64,000 nt of DNA from positions 123,640-187,639 of the forward strand of contig CAWJPK010000003.1 in NCBI GenBank assembly GCA_963844735.1, read 5' to 3'. The position numbers were made by a program, and so were the translations under genes. Every line of letters begins with the position of its first letter. Within the stretch, counting starts at the first letter, position 1. This document shows, one piece after another, positions 1 to 11,521 of this stretch. This DNA is from Vulcanimicrobiota bacterium (GTDB lineage: Bacteria; Vulcanimicrobiota; Vulcanimicrobiia; Vulcanimicrobiales; Vulcanimicrobiaceae). Under the pieces are notes generated by a model. The model did no database searches. It was not told the origin of the DNA and saw only the letters and a program-made list of their open reading frames with translations.

Positions 1-1
1 G

Positions 2-1582
2 CCGGGAGATTATGGCGGAATCGACGTCGTGGCCTTGGCGTCCGGGACGGTTCGCGTTGGGACGGTTCCGAAGGGTTCGAGCCTCGCCCAAGCTGGCTTG
101 CACTCAGGTCAAGTGGTGCGCCTAGCGCGCTCCGACCTTGCCACGCGTGCGGCGCTTATGAAGCCGATGGAAGGGTCGCGGCTGGCCCTGATCACTTCCG
201 ATGGGCGTCTCGTTACGCTCCTAGCGCACGCCGGTGACAAGCAAGGTTACGCACTCGTTCTCATGGCCGTTAAACTTGCCTATCTGCTTGTCGCAGGGCT
301 CCTCGCAGTGCGGCGTTGGAACGAGCGCTCCGTCCGGGCACTCATCGCTTTCCTCGTCGGTTTTGGCATAGGGCTGGGATTGCCGAATGCAAATCCCGTC
401 CTCTCTTCGGAGTTCTCGTTCGCATTTTTCGATGTTGGCGCTGTCGTACTGCTGGCGTTCGCCGGCGCAGCTGCGGCAGCGTTTTCTGCCAGTTTCTCGT
501 CATCTCCAAGCGCGGCCGAGCGCAATTTGGCTCGCGCCGCGATAGGTTCTGCCGTCCTTGGTTTGATTGCGAGCATCGCCTCATTCCAAGCTCACGGTGC
601 GTGGGCCCGCGCCGCGCTCAACCTTCTCTTAGCGCTGCCATTTCTGCTGGCGCTGGCAACATTAATCGTCGGGTACGCTCTTGCACACGCAGCGGATCGC
701 AGCCGTAAGTTATGGATCCTTATGATCTTCGGCGCTGGAATGTGCGGGCCGGCTCTCGATCTTCTCGTCAGCGCCGTCGCGGGCTACAATTGGCTCATCG
801 ATCAGTTCGCATTGCTGACCGTCGCGATCATTCCCGTCGGCCTCGCCTATGTCATTCTACGCCATCGCTTGATCGATGTCGGATTCGTTCTCAATCAGGC
901 GGCCGTATATGCAGGCGTTTCGATCGTGATCGTGGGCGTAGTCGTAATAGTCGAAACCCTTCTTTCCAATTACGTTACGAGCATCAATCATGTGACGAGC
1001 ACGGCGGTGCAATTATCGGTTGCACTCGGCCTCGGCTTCTCGATCAATGCAATCCATAAGCGAGTCGAGCGTTTCGTTGACCGGATCTTTTTCCGCGCGC
1101 GCAATGCGGCTCAGGCTGCGTTGCACGAGTTTGCACTCGAGGCACCGTACATTACGGACGCATCGCCGTTGCTCGAGCGCTGCGTGGAAAAGGTGCGGCA
1201 GTACGCGCACGCGTCGCGCGCCGGAGTCTGGACTTCCGACGCATCACGCCGCTACATGATGGTTGCCGGCGATTTCCCGCTGCCTCCACCCGTCGATCCA
1301 AATGATCCGGCTGTGGTCGCGATGCGCGCACGCCATGTCGTCGTCGACCTGCAGCGTGTCGTCTCAACGCTTCCTGGAGCGTTCGCCTTTCCGATGGTGA
1401 GCGGCGGGGAGCTTCTCGGCATCCTCGTCTGTGATGCAAAGACCGACCAGGAGGCGTATGCGCCGGACGAACGAGCCTCGTTGGAAGACGTCGCTACCTC
1501 CGTAGCGCACGCGTTAGGTACCCTTCGCATCCGCGATCTGGAACACGAGATCGCCGCCCTGCGCACCGTCGCGCAAACCTAA
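2..1582 (+). CDS. Polytopic membrane sensor with a PDZ-like N-terminal segment and a GAF-like C-terminal domain; the 5' end is probably outside the window
   Basis: ORF track 29..1582. The same frame is open back to nt 2 (..PGDYGGIDVVALASG..), so the GTG at 29 may not be the start. The central region has multiple hydrophobic helices. The C-terminal soluble part (FPMVSGGELLGILVCD..DERASLEDV) looks GAF-like. Confidence 0.6.
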   Translation, partial: PGDYGGIDVVALASGTVRVGTVPKGSSLAQAGLHSGQVVRLARSDLATRAALMKPMEGSRLALITSDGRLVTLLAHAGDKQGYALVLMAVKLAYLLVAGLLAVRRWNERSVRALIAFLVGFGIGLGLPNANPVLSSEFSFAFFDVGAVVLLAFAGAAAAAFSASFSSSPSAAERNLARAAIGSAVLGLIASIASFQAHGAWARAALNLLLALPFLLALATLIVGYALAHAADRSRKLWILMIFGAGMCGPALDLLVSAVAGYNWLIDQFALLTVAIIPVGLAYVILRHRLIDVGFVLNQAAVYAGVSIVIVGVVVIVETLLSNYVTSINHVTSTAVQLSVALGLGFSINAIHKRVERFVDRIFFRARNAAQAALHEFALEAPYITDASPLLERCVEKVRQYAHASRAGVWTSDASRRYMMVAGDFPLPPPVDPNDPAVVAMRARHVVVDLQRVVSTLPGAFAFPMVSGGELLGILVCDAKTDQEAYAPDERASLEDVATSVAHALGTLRIRDLEHEIAALRTVAQT

Positions 1583-1594
1583 GGAGGCCTGCGC

Positions 1595-3223
1595 ATGTTC
1601 ACGCGCGCTGAATTGCGGAACATCCCTCTCTTCTCGGGGCTGGCCGAAAAGGAACTCGATCACCTCGCGGCCACGAGCGCCGATATTCGTTTGCTGCCCG
1701 GAGAATACGTCATCCACGAAGGCGATTCGCATCGCGCCGTCTTTATCGTGGTCGAAGGGCGGATGGAGGGGACGAAGTTCATGGATGACGTCGAGCGCGT
1801 CATTGGTGTGCGGGGTACCGGCGAGGCGTTCGGCGAGGTGCCCGTGACGTTCGACACGCCGTCGCTCGTGAATTTTCGTGCGACGGAAGCATCACGCGTG
1901 ATGCGTATCGATCTCCGAGATTTTCGCGCGCTATCGGCGAGCGCGCCGCAGGTCGTCGCCTCGATAACTGCGCTCGCACTCGAGCGCGTCGAAGGACTTC
2001 AGGAACTTGCGGCATCGTTGTCCTCGCCGATCGCAGTCATCGCTCCTCAGTGGGACGATGCCGGAAGTGAGTTGCGCGAATTCTTACAGCGCAATTCCGT
2101 CGAATTCGACGCGGTTGCTCCGCAAGACGGCGAGCAATACCCGGTCGTGCGCTTGCGCGACGGCCGCGTCCTCGTCACGCCCACGATTCGTGATGTGGCG
2201 ACGGCAATCGGCTTGTGCGTCTTCCCGTCTGCATCGCAGGCATACGACGTTGCAATCGTCGGTGGCGGTCCCGCCGGTCTAGCAGCCGCCGTGTACGGAG
2301 CATCCGAAGGACTGCGCACGATTCTGCTCGAGCAAGAAGCGCCCGGTGGCCAAGCCGGCACATCGTCGCGTATCGAGAACTATCTGGGTTTTCCATTCGG
2401 CATTTCGGGAGATGAGCTCGCGCATCGCGCGTTGCAGCAGGCCACGCGATTGGGTGCTGAGGTCGTCGTTACGCGAACGGTTGAAAGTATCGACGTCGAC
2501 TCCCGCGCGCTTGTGCTAGACGGAGCCGACGTCATTCGCGCGAAGTCCGTCGTCCTCGCTATGGGCGTCTTTTGGCGCCGTCTCGACATCGCTTCGCTCG
2601 AGCGCCTGCGCGGACGTGGCGTTCATTACGGCGCGGCCCCCGGCGAAACAAGGTTCGTACAGGGCGGCGACGTTTATCTCGTCGGCGGAGGCAACTCCGC
2701 GGGCCAAGCCGCGATCAACTTCTCGAATTTTGCAAACTCGGTGACGCTGCTCGTTCGCGGTCCATCGCTGGCCAGCAGCATGTCGTACTATCTCATCGAG
2801 CAGTTGAAGACGAAACCGAATGTCCGCATCGAGACCCACTCGGAAGTCGTGGATGTCGTTGGGGACGACCACCTCGAGGGAATCGCTGTCGCAAATAAGG
2901 AGAGCGGTGAAACAACGACATGCCGGGCTTCCGCGCTCTTTATTCTCATCGGGGCTGATGCGGAGACTGCATGGCTTCCCTCCGCCCTCCTCCGGGATGC
3001 ACGTGGTTATGTGCTTACCGGCCGGGATGCAAGGACCGATCAATGGCCGCTCGAGCGTTATCCCTACATCCTTGAAACGAGCGTTCCCGGCATTTTTGCG
3101 GCGGGCGACGTACGCGCAGGCTCCGTCAAGCGCGTCGCTGCCGGCGTCGGTGAAGGCAGCATGTCGATTGCCTTCGTGCACCAATACCTGGCCAGCGAGA
3201 CCGAAGCGGCGCGCGCTAACTAG
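1595..3223 (+). CDS. Cyclic-nucleotide-binding domain fused to a thioredoxin-reductase-like FAD/NAD(P) oxidoreductase that lacks the CxxC redox centre
   Basis: GGAGG lies 7 nt upstream of the ATG. The N-terminal part is a cNMP-binding fold (FSGL..GEAFGEVP). YDVAIVGGGPAGLAAAVY and VGGGNSAGQAA are the dinucleotide motifs. The TrxR CATCDG position reads YGAAPGE. Confidence 0.85.
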   Translation: MFTRAELRNIPLFSGLAEKELDHLAATSADIRLLPGEYVIHEGDSHRAVFIVVEGRMEGTKFMDDVERVIGVRGTGEAFGEVPVTFDTPSLVNFRATEASRVMRIDLRDFRALSASAPQVVASITALALERVEGLQELAASLSSPIAVIAPQWDDAGSELREFLQRNSVEFDAVAPQDGEQYPVVRLRDGRVLVTPTIRDVATAIGLCVFPSASQAYDVAIVGGGPAGLAAAVYGASEGLRTILLEQEAPGGQAGTSSRIENYLGFPFGISGDELAHRALQQATRLGAEVVVTRTVESIDVDSRALVLDGADVIRAKSVVLAMGVFWRRLDIASLERLRGRGVHYGAAPGETRFVQGGDVYLVGGGNSAGQAAINFSNFANSVTLLVRGPSLASSMSYYLIEQLKTKPNVRIETHSEVVDVVGDDHLEGIAVANKESGETTTCRASALFILIGADAETAWLPSALLRDARGYVLTGRDARTDQWPLERYPYILETSVPGIFAAGDVRAGSVKRVAAGVGEGSMSIAFVHQYLASETEAARAN

Positions 3224-3272
3224 GTTTCAATCGTTAGGCAAGCGGGCATAGGAAACTGATGACGCGGCGACT

Positions 3273-5222
<1,950 letters not shown>

Positions 5223-5224
5223 AG

Positions 5225-5719
5225 ATGAACACTGAAGATCGATTGGCCAATCGCCATTTCCTCGTCGTCGATGACGAGGAGTTTATCCGGTCTCTCATCG
5301 TTCGATTCTTGAAACAAGCGGGCGCGGCCGGCGTCGTGGAGGCGGCCGACGGGATGCAAGCAATCGAGGCAATCGGCAAATCCGACATGGCCTTCGACGC
5401 GGTCATAACCGACATCAAGATGCGACGGATGAACGGACTCGAGCTACTGAGGGCGATTCGCACCGGCGCGCGCGGCCTCAAGCGGAATATGCCGGTTCTC
5501 GTGTTGACGGCGCACGCCGAGGCCGAACACGTTGCAGAAGCTCTGGCGCTCGACGCGGACGCTTTCGTTGTTAAACCGGTGGGTCGTGAGCCGCTGATCG
5601 ATCGAGTCATTCGCGTTCTCGAGCGGACCGTTCCGATTCAATCCGTCGCATCCTATGGCCCGACTCCTACTACGTTGCCGGCGAGTGCGCCGCATCCGGA
5701 AACGGACGCCCATCGGTGA
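5225..5719 (+). CDS. Stand-alone CheY-like response regulator receiver
   Basis: MNTEDRLANRHFLVVDDEEF..AVITDIKMRRMNGLELL..VLTAH..VVKP. The ATG at 5225 lies 3 nt after the kinase stop. The longer ORF 5084.. overlaps the HPt region. Confidence 0.85.
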   Translation: MNTEDRLANRHFLVVDDEEFIRSLIVRFLKQAGAAGVVEAADGMQAIEAIGKSDMAFDAVITDIKMRRMNGLELLRAIRTGARGLKRNMPVLVLTAHAEAEHVAEALALDADAFVVKPVGREPLIDRVIRVLERTVPIQSVASYGPTPTTLPASAPHPETDAHR

Positions 5720-5928
5720 AAGAAATTGCACTTGGCCAGGTGAAAGAAAACTCGATCCTCACTCAAGACATTCACATCGGAAATCCCGAGATGTTGCTCG
5801 TTGCAGCGCCGGTAATTCTGACGAAAGCAATGCTCGACCGGCTCAAGGATCTTCGTCAATTCCACGATGGCTCGCGGTTATCTGTGGTCGAACCGCGATT
5901 CAGTGCGGCGGCACCAATTCCGGTCTAG
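5716..5928 (+). CDS. Small 70-aa protein resembling the N-terminal regulatory module found in front of HD-GYP-type proteins
   Basis: GTGA stop/start overlap with the receiver gene. The pattern IALGQVKENSILTQDI..LLVAAPVILTKAMLDRLKDL resembles that module. The family assignment is from memory only. Confidence 0.5.
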   Translation: MKEIALGQVKENSILTQDIHIGNPEMLLVAAPVILTKAMLDRLKDLRQFHDGSRLSVVEPRFSAAAPIPV

Positions 5929-6037
5929 TGCAACCCTGAGGCGAATTCCGGGTTCCTGAGCTCGGTTACCCTACCCGCGCGATCTTTCGTAAGAGCGATC
6001 GACTACGCGCTCCTTTATACGAAAGATTCTACGCAAA

Positions 6038-7162
6038 ATGGCTACGTTTGCCGATTTCGGCTTGCGCCCGCAGCTCGTGCGCGCGCTTCAAAAACTCAAA
6101 TTTACCGAACCGACCCCCATACAAGTCGCCTCCATCCCGCCTGCCATGCAAGGCCGCGATGTGATGGCGAGCGCGATGACGGGCAGCGGGAAAACCGCGG
6201 CTTTCGGATTGCCGCTCTTGAATTCGCACCTCGATCCTGCTCGCAAGCATCGTTCGCTCGTGGTCGTACCGACACGCGAGCTCGCGGCGCAGATTGCTTC
6301 GCACCTCAAAGCTCTCTCCGGAGATTCCGGGCTGCGCATCGTCGCAGTCTATGGTGGCGTCGGCTTCGGCGGCCAAATGCAAGACCTCAAGCGAGGCGCC
6401 GATATCATTGTCGCAACACCGGGCCGGCTTCTCGATCATCTAACGCGGAAAACAGTCTCGCTTGCCGGCGTATCGTGTCTCGTGCTCGACGAGGCCGACC
6501 GGATGCTGGACATGGGTTTTCTTCCGGCCGTGCGGCGGATCGTCAAGGCGTTGCCCGCTAAGCGTCAGACGCTGTTCTTTTCAGCGACGATTCCGGCGGA
6601 GATCAAAACGCTCGCGAAAGAGATGCTGGTCGATCCTGTTCGCATCGATCTCTCGCCTCCCGCAAAAACGGCGAGTGGCGTGACGCAAACGATCTATGCG
6701 ATCGATCAAAACCGAAAGACCGATTTGCTCGTCGAGCTGCTCAAAGACAACGCGATTTACAGCGCGCTTGCGTTCACGCGCACCAAGGCGCGGGCTAATC
6801 GCCTCGCTGATGCGCTCGCAAAACACAATATTGCGACGGAACGCATCCATGGAAATCGTTCGCAGGGCCAGCGGACGCGTGCGCTTGCCGACTTCAAGCG
6901 TGGAAAATACCGCGTACTCGTAGCGACCGATCTTGCGGCAAGGGGCATCGACATTCTGGATCTCGATCTGGTCGTCAATTACGACGTGCCGCTGGCCCCG
7001 GACGACTACGTTCACCGCATTGGGCGCACGGCGCGAGCCAACGCCACCGGCGACGCCGTCACCTTCGTTTCACGCGAAGAGCAGCCGCAGCTGGCACAGA
7101 TCGAACGTGCCCTGGGCACGAAACTGGACCGCGCTCAGGTCCCGGATCTCCGCCGGCGCTAG
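6038..7162 (+). CDS. rhlE: DEAD-box ATP-dependent RNA helicase
   Basis: Motifs AMTGSGKTAAF, PTRELA, DEAD, SAT and HRIGRTAR are present. Confidence 0.9.
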   Translation: MATFADFGLRPQLVRALQKLKFTEPTPIQVASIPPAMQGRDVMASAMTGSGKTAAFGLPLLNSHLDPARKHRSLVVVPTRELAAQIASHLKALSGDSGLRIVAVYGGVGFGGQMQDLKRGADIIVATPGRLLDHLTRKTVSLAGVSCLVLDEADRMLDMGFLPAVRRIVKALPAKRQTLFFSATIPAEIKTLAKEMLVDPVRIDLSPPAKTASGVTQTIYAIDQNRKTDLLVELLKDNAIYSALAFTRTKARANRLADALAKHNIATERIHGNRSQGQRTRALADFKRGKYRVLVATDLAARGIDILDLDLVVNYDVPLAPDDYVHRIGRTARANATGDAVTFVSREEQPQLAQIERALGTKLDRAQVPDLRRR

Positions 7163-7178
7163 TTTTCGCCTGGTCGGC

Positions 7179-7204
7179 AACCCTGGGGGGGTCTCCCGGG
7201 TTTT
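7179..7204 (+). terminator. Candidate intrinsic terminator after the helicase gene
   Basis: aaCCCtGGG ggggtct CCCGGG tttt: a GC stem with one bulge, followed by a T run. Confidence 0.4.
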
Positions 7205-7326
7205 GGTCGCGGGCGGATTCGCGGCGTCATGCGATCCGGACCTAAGCCGACTATTAAGTCGCTAGACGTCTCGCTACCGTAAAAACGTACACCGAGCGCG
7301 TCACTCTTTCGACGCCAGGGATACAT

Positions 7327-7620
7327 ATGTACACAGACGAGACGCTAAATTGCGCCGATTGTTCTCAGCCATTCACGTTCAGCGCAAGCCAACAAGAGTT
7401 CTTCGCCGAGAAGGGCTACACGAACAAGCCGACGCGCTGCCAGGATTGCAGAGATGCGCGCAAGGCTCAGCGGGGCGGAAGCTCAGCCCGACCGCAGCGC
7501 GAGATGTTCGCCGCCGTTTGCGCGGCATGCCACAAGCCAACCGAAGTGCCGTTTAAACCGCGCAACGATAAACCGGTTTATTGCCGCGATTGCTTCTCGA
7601 CGCGGCAGTCAACGCGATAA
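7327..7620 (+). CDS. Zinc-ribbon protein with two CxxC..CxxC units
   Basis: [13 protein letters not shown] and [13 protein letters not shown]. It resembles the small CxxC-x17-CxxC family often found near cold-shock and translation genes. Confidence 0.75.
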   Translation: MYTDETLNCADCSQPFTFSASQQEFFAEKGYTNKPTRCQDCRDARKAQRGGSSARPQREMFAAVCAACHKPTEVPFKPRNDKPVYCRDCFSTRQSTR

Positions 7621-7931
7621 TGCGTCGAGGCTCAAATCGCCGAACGACGCGCACCGCGCGGCGCGCCTCAGAAGCTCCTGCCACCGCGTACCCACCCAAG
7701 GAAGAGCCGCTCGAAGTCTACGGTACGATTCGGCAGGTCTTCCCAAGCACGATGTTTTCCGTGGAGCTTGAAAACAACGCGACGATCCTCGCCCACATCG
7801 CAGGGCGGCTTCGTCGTCACCACATTCGCATTCTGCCGGGCGATCGCGTTGATGTAGAGATATCACCTTACGACCTCACAAAGGGTCGCATAACTTATCG
7901 CTACCGAGCCGGAGAGCCCAAGCGCACGTAA
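7620..7931 (+). CDS. infA: Translation initiation factor IF-1 with a roughly 30-aa Arg-rich N-terminal extension
   Basis: The S1-like core [63 protein letters not shown] is present. The only in-frame start near the core is the ATG at 7620, which overlaps the upstream TAA (TAATG). Confidence 0.85.
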   Translation: MRRGSNRRTTRTARRASEAPATAYPPKEEPLEVYGTIRQVFPSTMFSVELENNATILAHIAGRLRRHHIRILPGDRVDVEISPYDLTKGRITYRYRAGEPKRT

Positions 7932-7936
7932 TCACG

Positions 7937-7966
7937 GAGACCCGATCGAAAGGCCGGGTCTCTTTC
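7937..7966 (+). terminator. Intrinsic terminator after infA
   Basis: GAGACCCG atcgaaaggc CGGGTCTC followed by TTTC. Confidence 0.6.
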
Positions 7967-8003
7967 ATCAGCGTCGAATGTTCGCTTTGGACATTGGAGG
8001 GCG

Positions 8004-9080
8004 ATGATGGATTTGCGATCTCTCATTCTGGGAATCGGACTAACCGCGCTGGTCGTCGTTCAAGGCTGCACTTCGAGTCCAACGACACAGTCGCCGACTC
8101 CGACGCCATCAGCTTCGTCCGGTCTCGGCGCGACGCAGAGCGGGGCGCCGTCCGCGTTCTACGTGGTCGGAAACGAGAGCCTCTCGTTCTTCTTAGCGGG
8201 CACGTCCGCAAGTTCCGGAGCGGCTGCGACGGGGCAGGTTTTTACGCCGCAAGCTGTTGCCGTCGACCCCAATAGCGGAGACGTTGCCACTGCCGATCTC
8301 GGAGTTACGTGCTGCGTTGCATCGAGCGTCTTTTTTTACTACCAAGTTTTGGGGGAACCCGTCAATTCGATTTCCGGCACCACTGCGAATATCGTAATTC
8401 CCGATGCCGTTGCGTTCGATTCGACAAGTCGGCTCTATGTCGCGCAGCGATTGCAGGTTGGTCCACCCGGGATATTCATCTACGCTGCCGGCGCGAGCGG
8501 AAATGTCGCACCGACCGCGACGATTCAAGGCAATAACACGCCATTCAATCAAACCGCGACGAGCGGTCCCTATGCCGGCGAGTTCTGTCTTAACGGTGTC
8601 GCGGTCGATCAGTCCTCAAACGTTTACGTCAGTAGCGGCTACGTGGGTTGTCCCAATGCAATCTACGTCTTTGCTGCGGGTGCGACGGGAAATGTCGGGG
8701 CGACCGCGACGATCACCGGTTCAAATACAGGGCTGAGCGGGATCAGCGGCGTCGCGATCGGCCCAGCAGGTATCTACGTCTCTAACCTGGCGGCAAATAC
8801 GATCACGATCTACCCGGCAAGTGCGAATGGCAATGTTGCTCCGACGACAACGATCGCCGGATCCAACACCATGTTGAGCACGCCTGTCGGCATTGACGTC
8901 GATGCGCAAGGCAATATCTACGTCGCAAACGGAAGTAACGTTCTGATTTTTGCGCCGGGAGCAAGTGGAAATGTTGCGCCGATCATGACGGTTGCTACGA
9001 CTGCGTTTCGCGTCGCGGTGGTCAACGGCATTCTCGGACACGTAGCCGGACATAAAATTCAGAAGGGAAAGTCAAAATGA
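8004..9080 (+). CDS. Lipoprotein with beta-propeller-type repeats (NHL/YVTN-like)
   Basis: GGAGGG SD. Signal peptide plus lipobox (LVVVQGC). Repeated units read AAGASGNVAPTATIxGxNT..P.GvAvD..GNIYV. Confidence 0.75.
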   Translation: MMDLRSLILGIGLTALVVVQGCTSSPTTQSPTPTPSASSGLGATQSGAPSAFYVVGNESLSFFLAGTSASSGAAATGQVFTPQAVAVDPNSGDVATADLGVTCCVASSVFFYYQVLGEPVNSISGTTANIVIPDAVAFDSTSRLYVAQRLQVGPPGIFIYAAGASGNVAPTATIQGNNTPFNQTATSGPYAGEFCLNGVAVDQSSNVYVSSGYVGCPNAIYVFAAGATGNVGATATITGSNTGLSGISGVAIGPAGIYVSNLAANTITIYPASANGNVAPTTTIAGSNTMLSTPVGIDVDAQGNIYVANGSNVLIFAPGASGNVAPIMTVATTAFRVAVVNGILGHVAGHKIQKGKSK

Positions 9081-9436
9081 ACACGCTTCGTACTGCTCTT
9101 GTGGGGATCGCGCTCACCCTTGCTCTCGGCGCTTCGTCGGGAGCGCAGGCGCCGGCCCCGCAGCCGCATCCCCCGGCAACCGGACCGTTGATCACGCTCT
9201 ATTCACGGGATCTCTATAACGGTCCAAGCCTCAAAGTCGACGGAATAACGCCGGACGTGCACGTGAAAACGTTTCCGTATCCGACCGCTTCCTTCATCGT
9301 CAACCGCGGACGCTGGATTCTCTGCAATGGCCGCTATTTCACGGGGACGTGCGTCACCGTCGGCATAGGGATGTATCCGGCAGCTTTTGCGAACGGTTTC
9401 GCGCAGACAATCGTCTCGCTTCGACCCGTAACCTAG
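9077..9436 (+). CDS. Secreted beta/gamma-crystallin-like protein
   Basis: ATGA overlap with the upstream gene. Signal peptide ..GASSGAQA. Greek-key-like LYSRDLYNGPSL and NGRYFTGTCVTV. Confidence 0.6.
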   Translation: MNTLRTALVGIALTLALGASSGAQAPAPQPHPPATGPLITLYSRDLYNGPSLKVDGITPDVHVKTFPYPTASFIVNRGRWILCNGRYFTGTCVTVGIGMYPAAFANGFAQTIVSLRPVT

Positions 9437-10146
9437 AAGTATCGCAGCTCAGCGACCAGCCACTCTGCGGCTGTCATCAAGTAATTCGAACTGATCTCGG
9501 TATAGTTCGACATCAAATGCGGTTGAGCGGCGATGTGCGGGACCCAAACGAGGATACCGAAGAGCGCCATCATCAGCGCCGTCAGGCGCATTGCAAGGCG
9601 TGCTCGAACGTTGACGAGAATCGCGATGGCCGCAAGGCCGAACGCTACCGTCGTAAACCATGTCCAGAACACTTGATTGGGCGGAATCCACGTCGGCACT
9701 AAGCTCGCCGTGTATTTAAGATAGGCAACTTGTGCCCACGCGAATGAAGCCGTGCAGATTCCGAGACCGATGCGTGCGGTTCGCCCGAGCCACGTCGATC
9801 GTGCCACATTCGTTTCTCCGAACGTGTAAACAGCCAGCGCTCCGCATGCGAGCGAGAGTTGTTCGAAAAGATTCACGTATGAACCGGGATCCAGCGGTGC
9901 GGCGATCATGCCGGGAACTGAAGAAAGCGAGAACAGCATATAGACGACGCCGAGAACGATCGACGATAGGCGCTCGGTTTGAGAGAGGATGATCCCGATA
10001 CCGAAGACGACTTGAGCGATCGCCAGACACCAGGCCATGGGCGTGCCGAACTGCCACGCACCCGAATCGTGCCACATGAATCCGGCGACGCCGTATACCA
10101 TCGCCGACAAGCCAAAGACGATTCGTCCGTATAGGGCTGATTTCAC
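9433..10146 (-). CDS. Integral membrane protein, possibly DoxX-like
   Basis: 237 aa with about 7 hydrophobic helices. The family call is tentative. Confidence 0.65.
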   Translation of the reverse strand: MKSALYGRIVFGLSAMVYGVAGFMWHDSGAWQFGTPMAWCLAIAQVVFGIGIILSQTERLSSIVLGVVYMLFSLSSVPGMIAAPLDPGSYVNLFEQLSLACGALAVYTFGETNVARSTWLGRTARIGLGICTASFAWAQVAYLKYTASLVPTWIPPNQVFWTWFTTVAFGLAAIAILVNVRARLAMRLTALMMALFGILVWVPHIAAQPHLMSNYTEISSNYLMTAAEWLVAELRYF

Positions 10147-10222
10147 ACCCAGAGCTTAGCGAAATGATGGGACCCGGTCTAGACAGGACAGAGAAGAGGG
10201 CGCGTCCGTCTAACGAGTCTGA

Positions 10223-10915
10223 ATGAACTCGCTAGGCCAACCAATCGGCGAACCGCTTCCGGACTGGACTCCGCGCCCGCATCCGAGCGGGACGACTCTC
10301 ACCGGACGATACTGTCGGCTCGAACGGCTCGAAGCCCGTCACGGCGAGCAGCTGTACGCACTCGCGACGGGAGACGACGCCTCCGCATTTACCTACCTAT
10401 TTTATGGTCCGTTCGGGAGCCGCGCGGAGTTCGACCAGTGGTTGCGCAGCGCGTGCACATCGCAGGATCCGCTGTATTATGCGATCGTTGAAAGCGCCGG
10501 CGGAAGCGTCGTCGGCTGGGCGAGCTATCTGCGGATCGAGCCGAAAGTCGGCGTCATCGAAGTCGGAAACGTGTACTTCTCACATCGCTTGCGGCAGACG
10601 CCGGCGGCGACTGAATCTATGTATCTCATGATGCGGCACGCGTTCGTCGATTTGGGCTACCGGCGTTACGAATGGAAGTGCGATTCACTCAATGCACCGT
10701 CGCGGCGAGCTGCGGATCGCCTCGGCTTCGTCTACGAAGGCATCTTTCGGCAAGCAACCATCTACAAAGGCCGCAGCCGCGATACTGCCTGGTTCTCCGT
10801 CATCGATAAAGAATGGCCGAAGGTCAGAGGCGCGCTCGAGCAGTGGCTCGATCCCACGAACTTCGATGCGGGCCGTCAGCGCAAATCGCTAGCGGCATTG
10901 CGCGAACGCCGCTAA
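10223..10915 (+). CDS. GNAT family N-acetyltransferase (RimJ/RimL-like)
   Basis: IEVGNVYFSHRLRQTPAATESMYLMMRHAF..GYRRYEWKCDSLNAPSRRAADRLGF. Confidence 0.8.
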   Translation: MNSLGQPIGEPLPDWTPRPHPSGTTLTGRYCRLERLEARHGEQLYALATGDDASAFTYLFYGPFGSRAEFDQWLRSACTSQDPLYYAIVESAGGSVVGWASYLRIEPKVGVIEVGNVYFSHRLRQTPAATESMYLMMRHAFVDLGYRRYEWKCDSLNAPSRRAADRLGFVYEGIFRQATIYKGRSRDTAWFSVIDKEWPKVRGALEQWLDPTNFDAGRQRKSLAALRERR

Positions 10916-11469
10916 CGGGTGTAGTCCGTCGTCCAGTTCGTTTCCCACGTCTTGCCGTGATCGGCCGAGAAGGCTTGTTCGAAGCGCGGCTTGCCGTGGG
11001 GATGCGTCCACTTGTAGCGCACAATGACGGGTGTTCCGGCCCATGTATCATCCGAATAGAACAAACCAACGCCGTTCGCATCAAAATGTCCGACTTGCGG
11101 CGGTTCGGTGATCCCGACCCGGCGCGTTCCCCACCACAGCGTCCACTGATGTGTGACGGGATTGTAGAGTCGCGTGGTCATTCCGAGTATGTACTGATGC
11201 GGACATTGCAGATCGCCGTCTTCGAGATTCGCCCCGCCGTGCCAGAACGGCGTTATCGTCGATGTCCCCTCGCACGGATACCAGTGGTGGTCGTGTTGCA
11301 GGATCTTGCGCAATCGCATGTAGTGCGTGTGCCACGTTCCGAACAGAAAATCCCAATCGTGCATGCCGTTGTGCGTCGTCGGCGTGACGAGGCTCGGAAA
11401 TTTCGCTTCAACGGGGGACGCGATTGCTAGCACGAGCATGACAACAAGCGCAGCCGGTATTCTCTTCAT
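10912..11469 (-). CDS. Secreted conserved hypothetical protein rich in Trp and His
   Basis: The start is taken at MKRIPAALVVMLVLAIASPVEA (signal peptide). The upstream part of ORF 10912..11523 would overlap the divergent gene. Confidence 0.65.
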   Translation of the reverse strand: MKRIPAALVVMLVLAIASPVEAKFPSLVTPTTHNGMHDWDFLFGTWHTHYMRLRKILQHDHHWYPCEGTSTITPFWHGGANLEDGDLQCPHQYILGMTTRLYNPVTHQWTLWWGTRRVGITEPPQVGHFDANGVGLFYSDDTWAGTPVIVRYKWTHPHGKPRFEQAFSADHGKTWETNWTTDYTR

Positions 11470-11521
11470 GACGGCGCCGATTCGAGGAGGCGCGCCCACT
11501 TCCCGGTATAAATCACGCTGC

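Noticed and set aside
60-100. GGGTTCGAGCC string resembling a tRNA T-arm
   Set aside because: The flanks do not pair into a T-stem, no acceptor or anticodon arms can be drawn, and it lies inside a coding frame.
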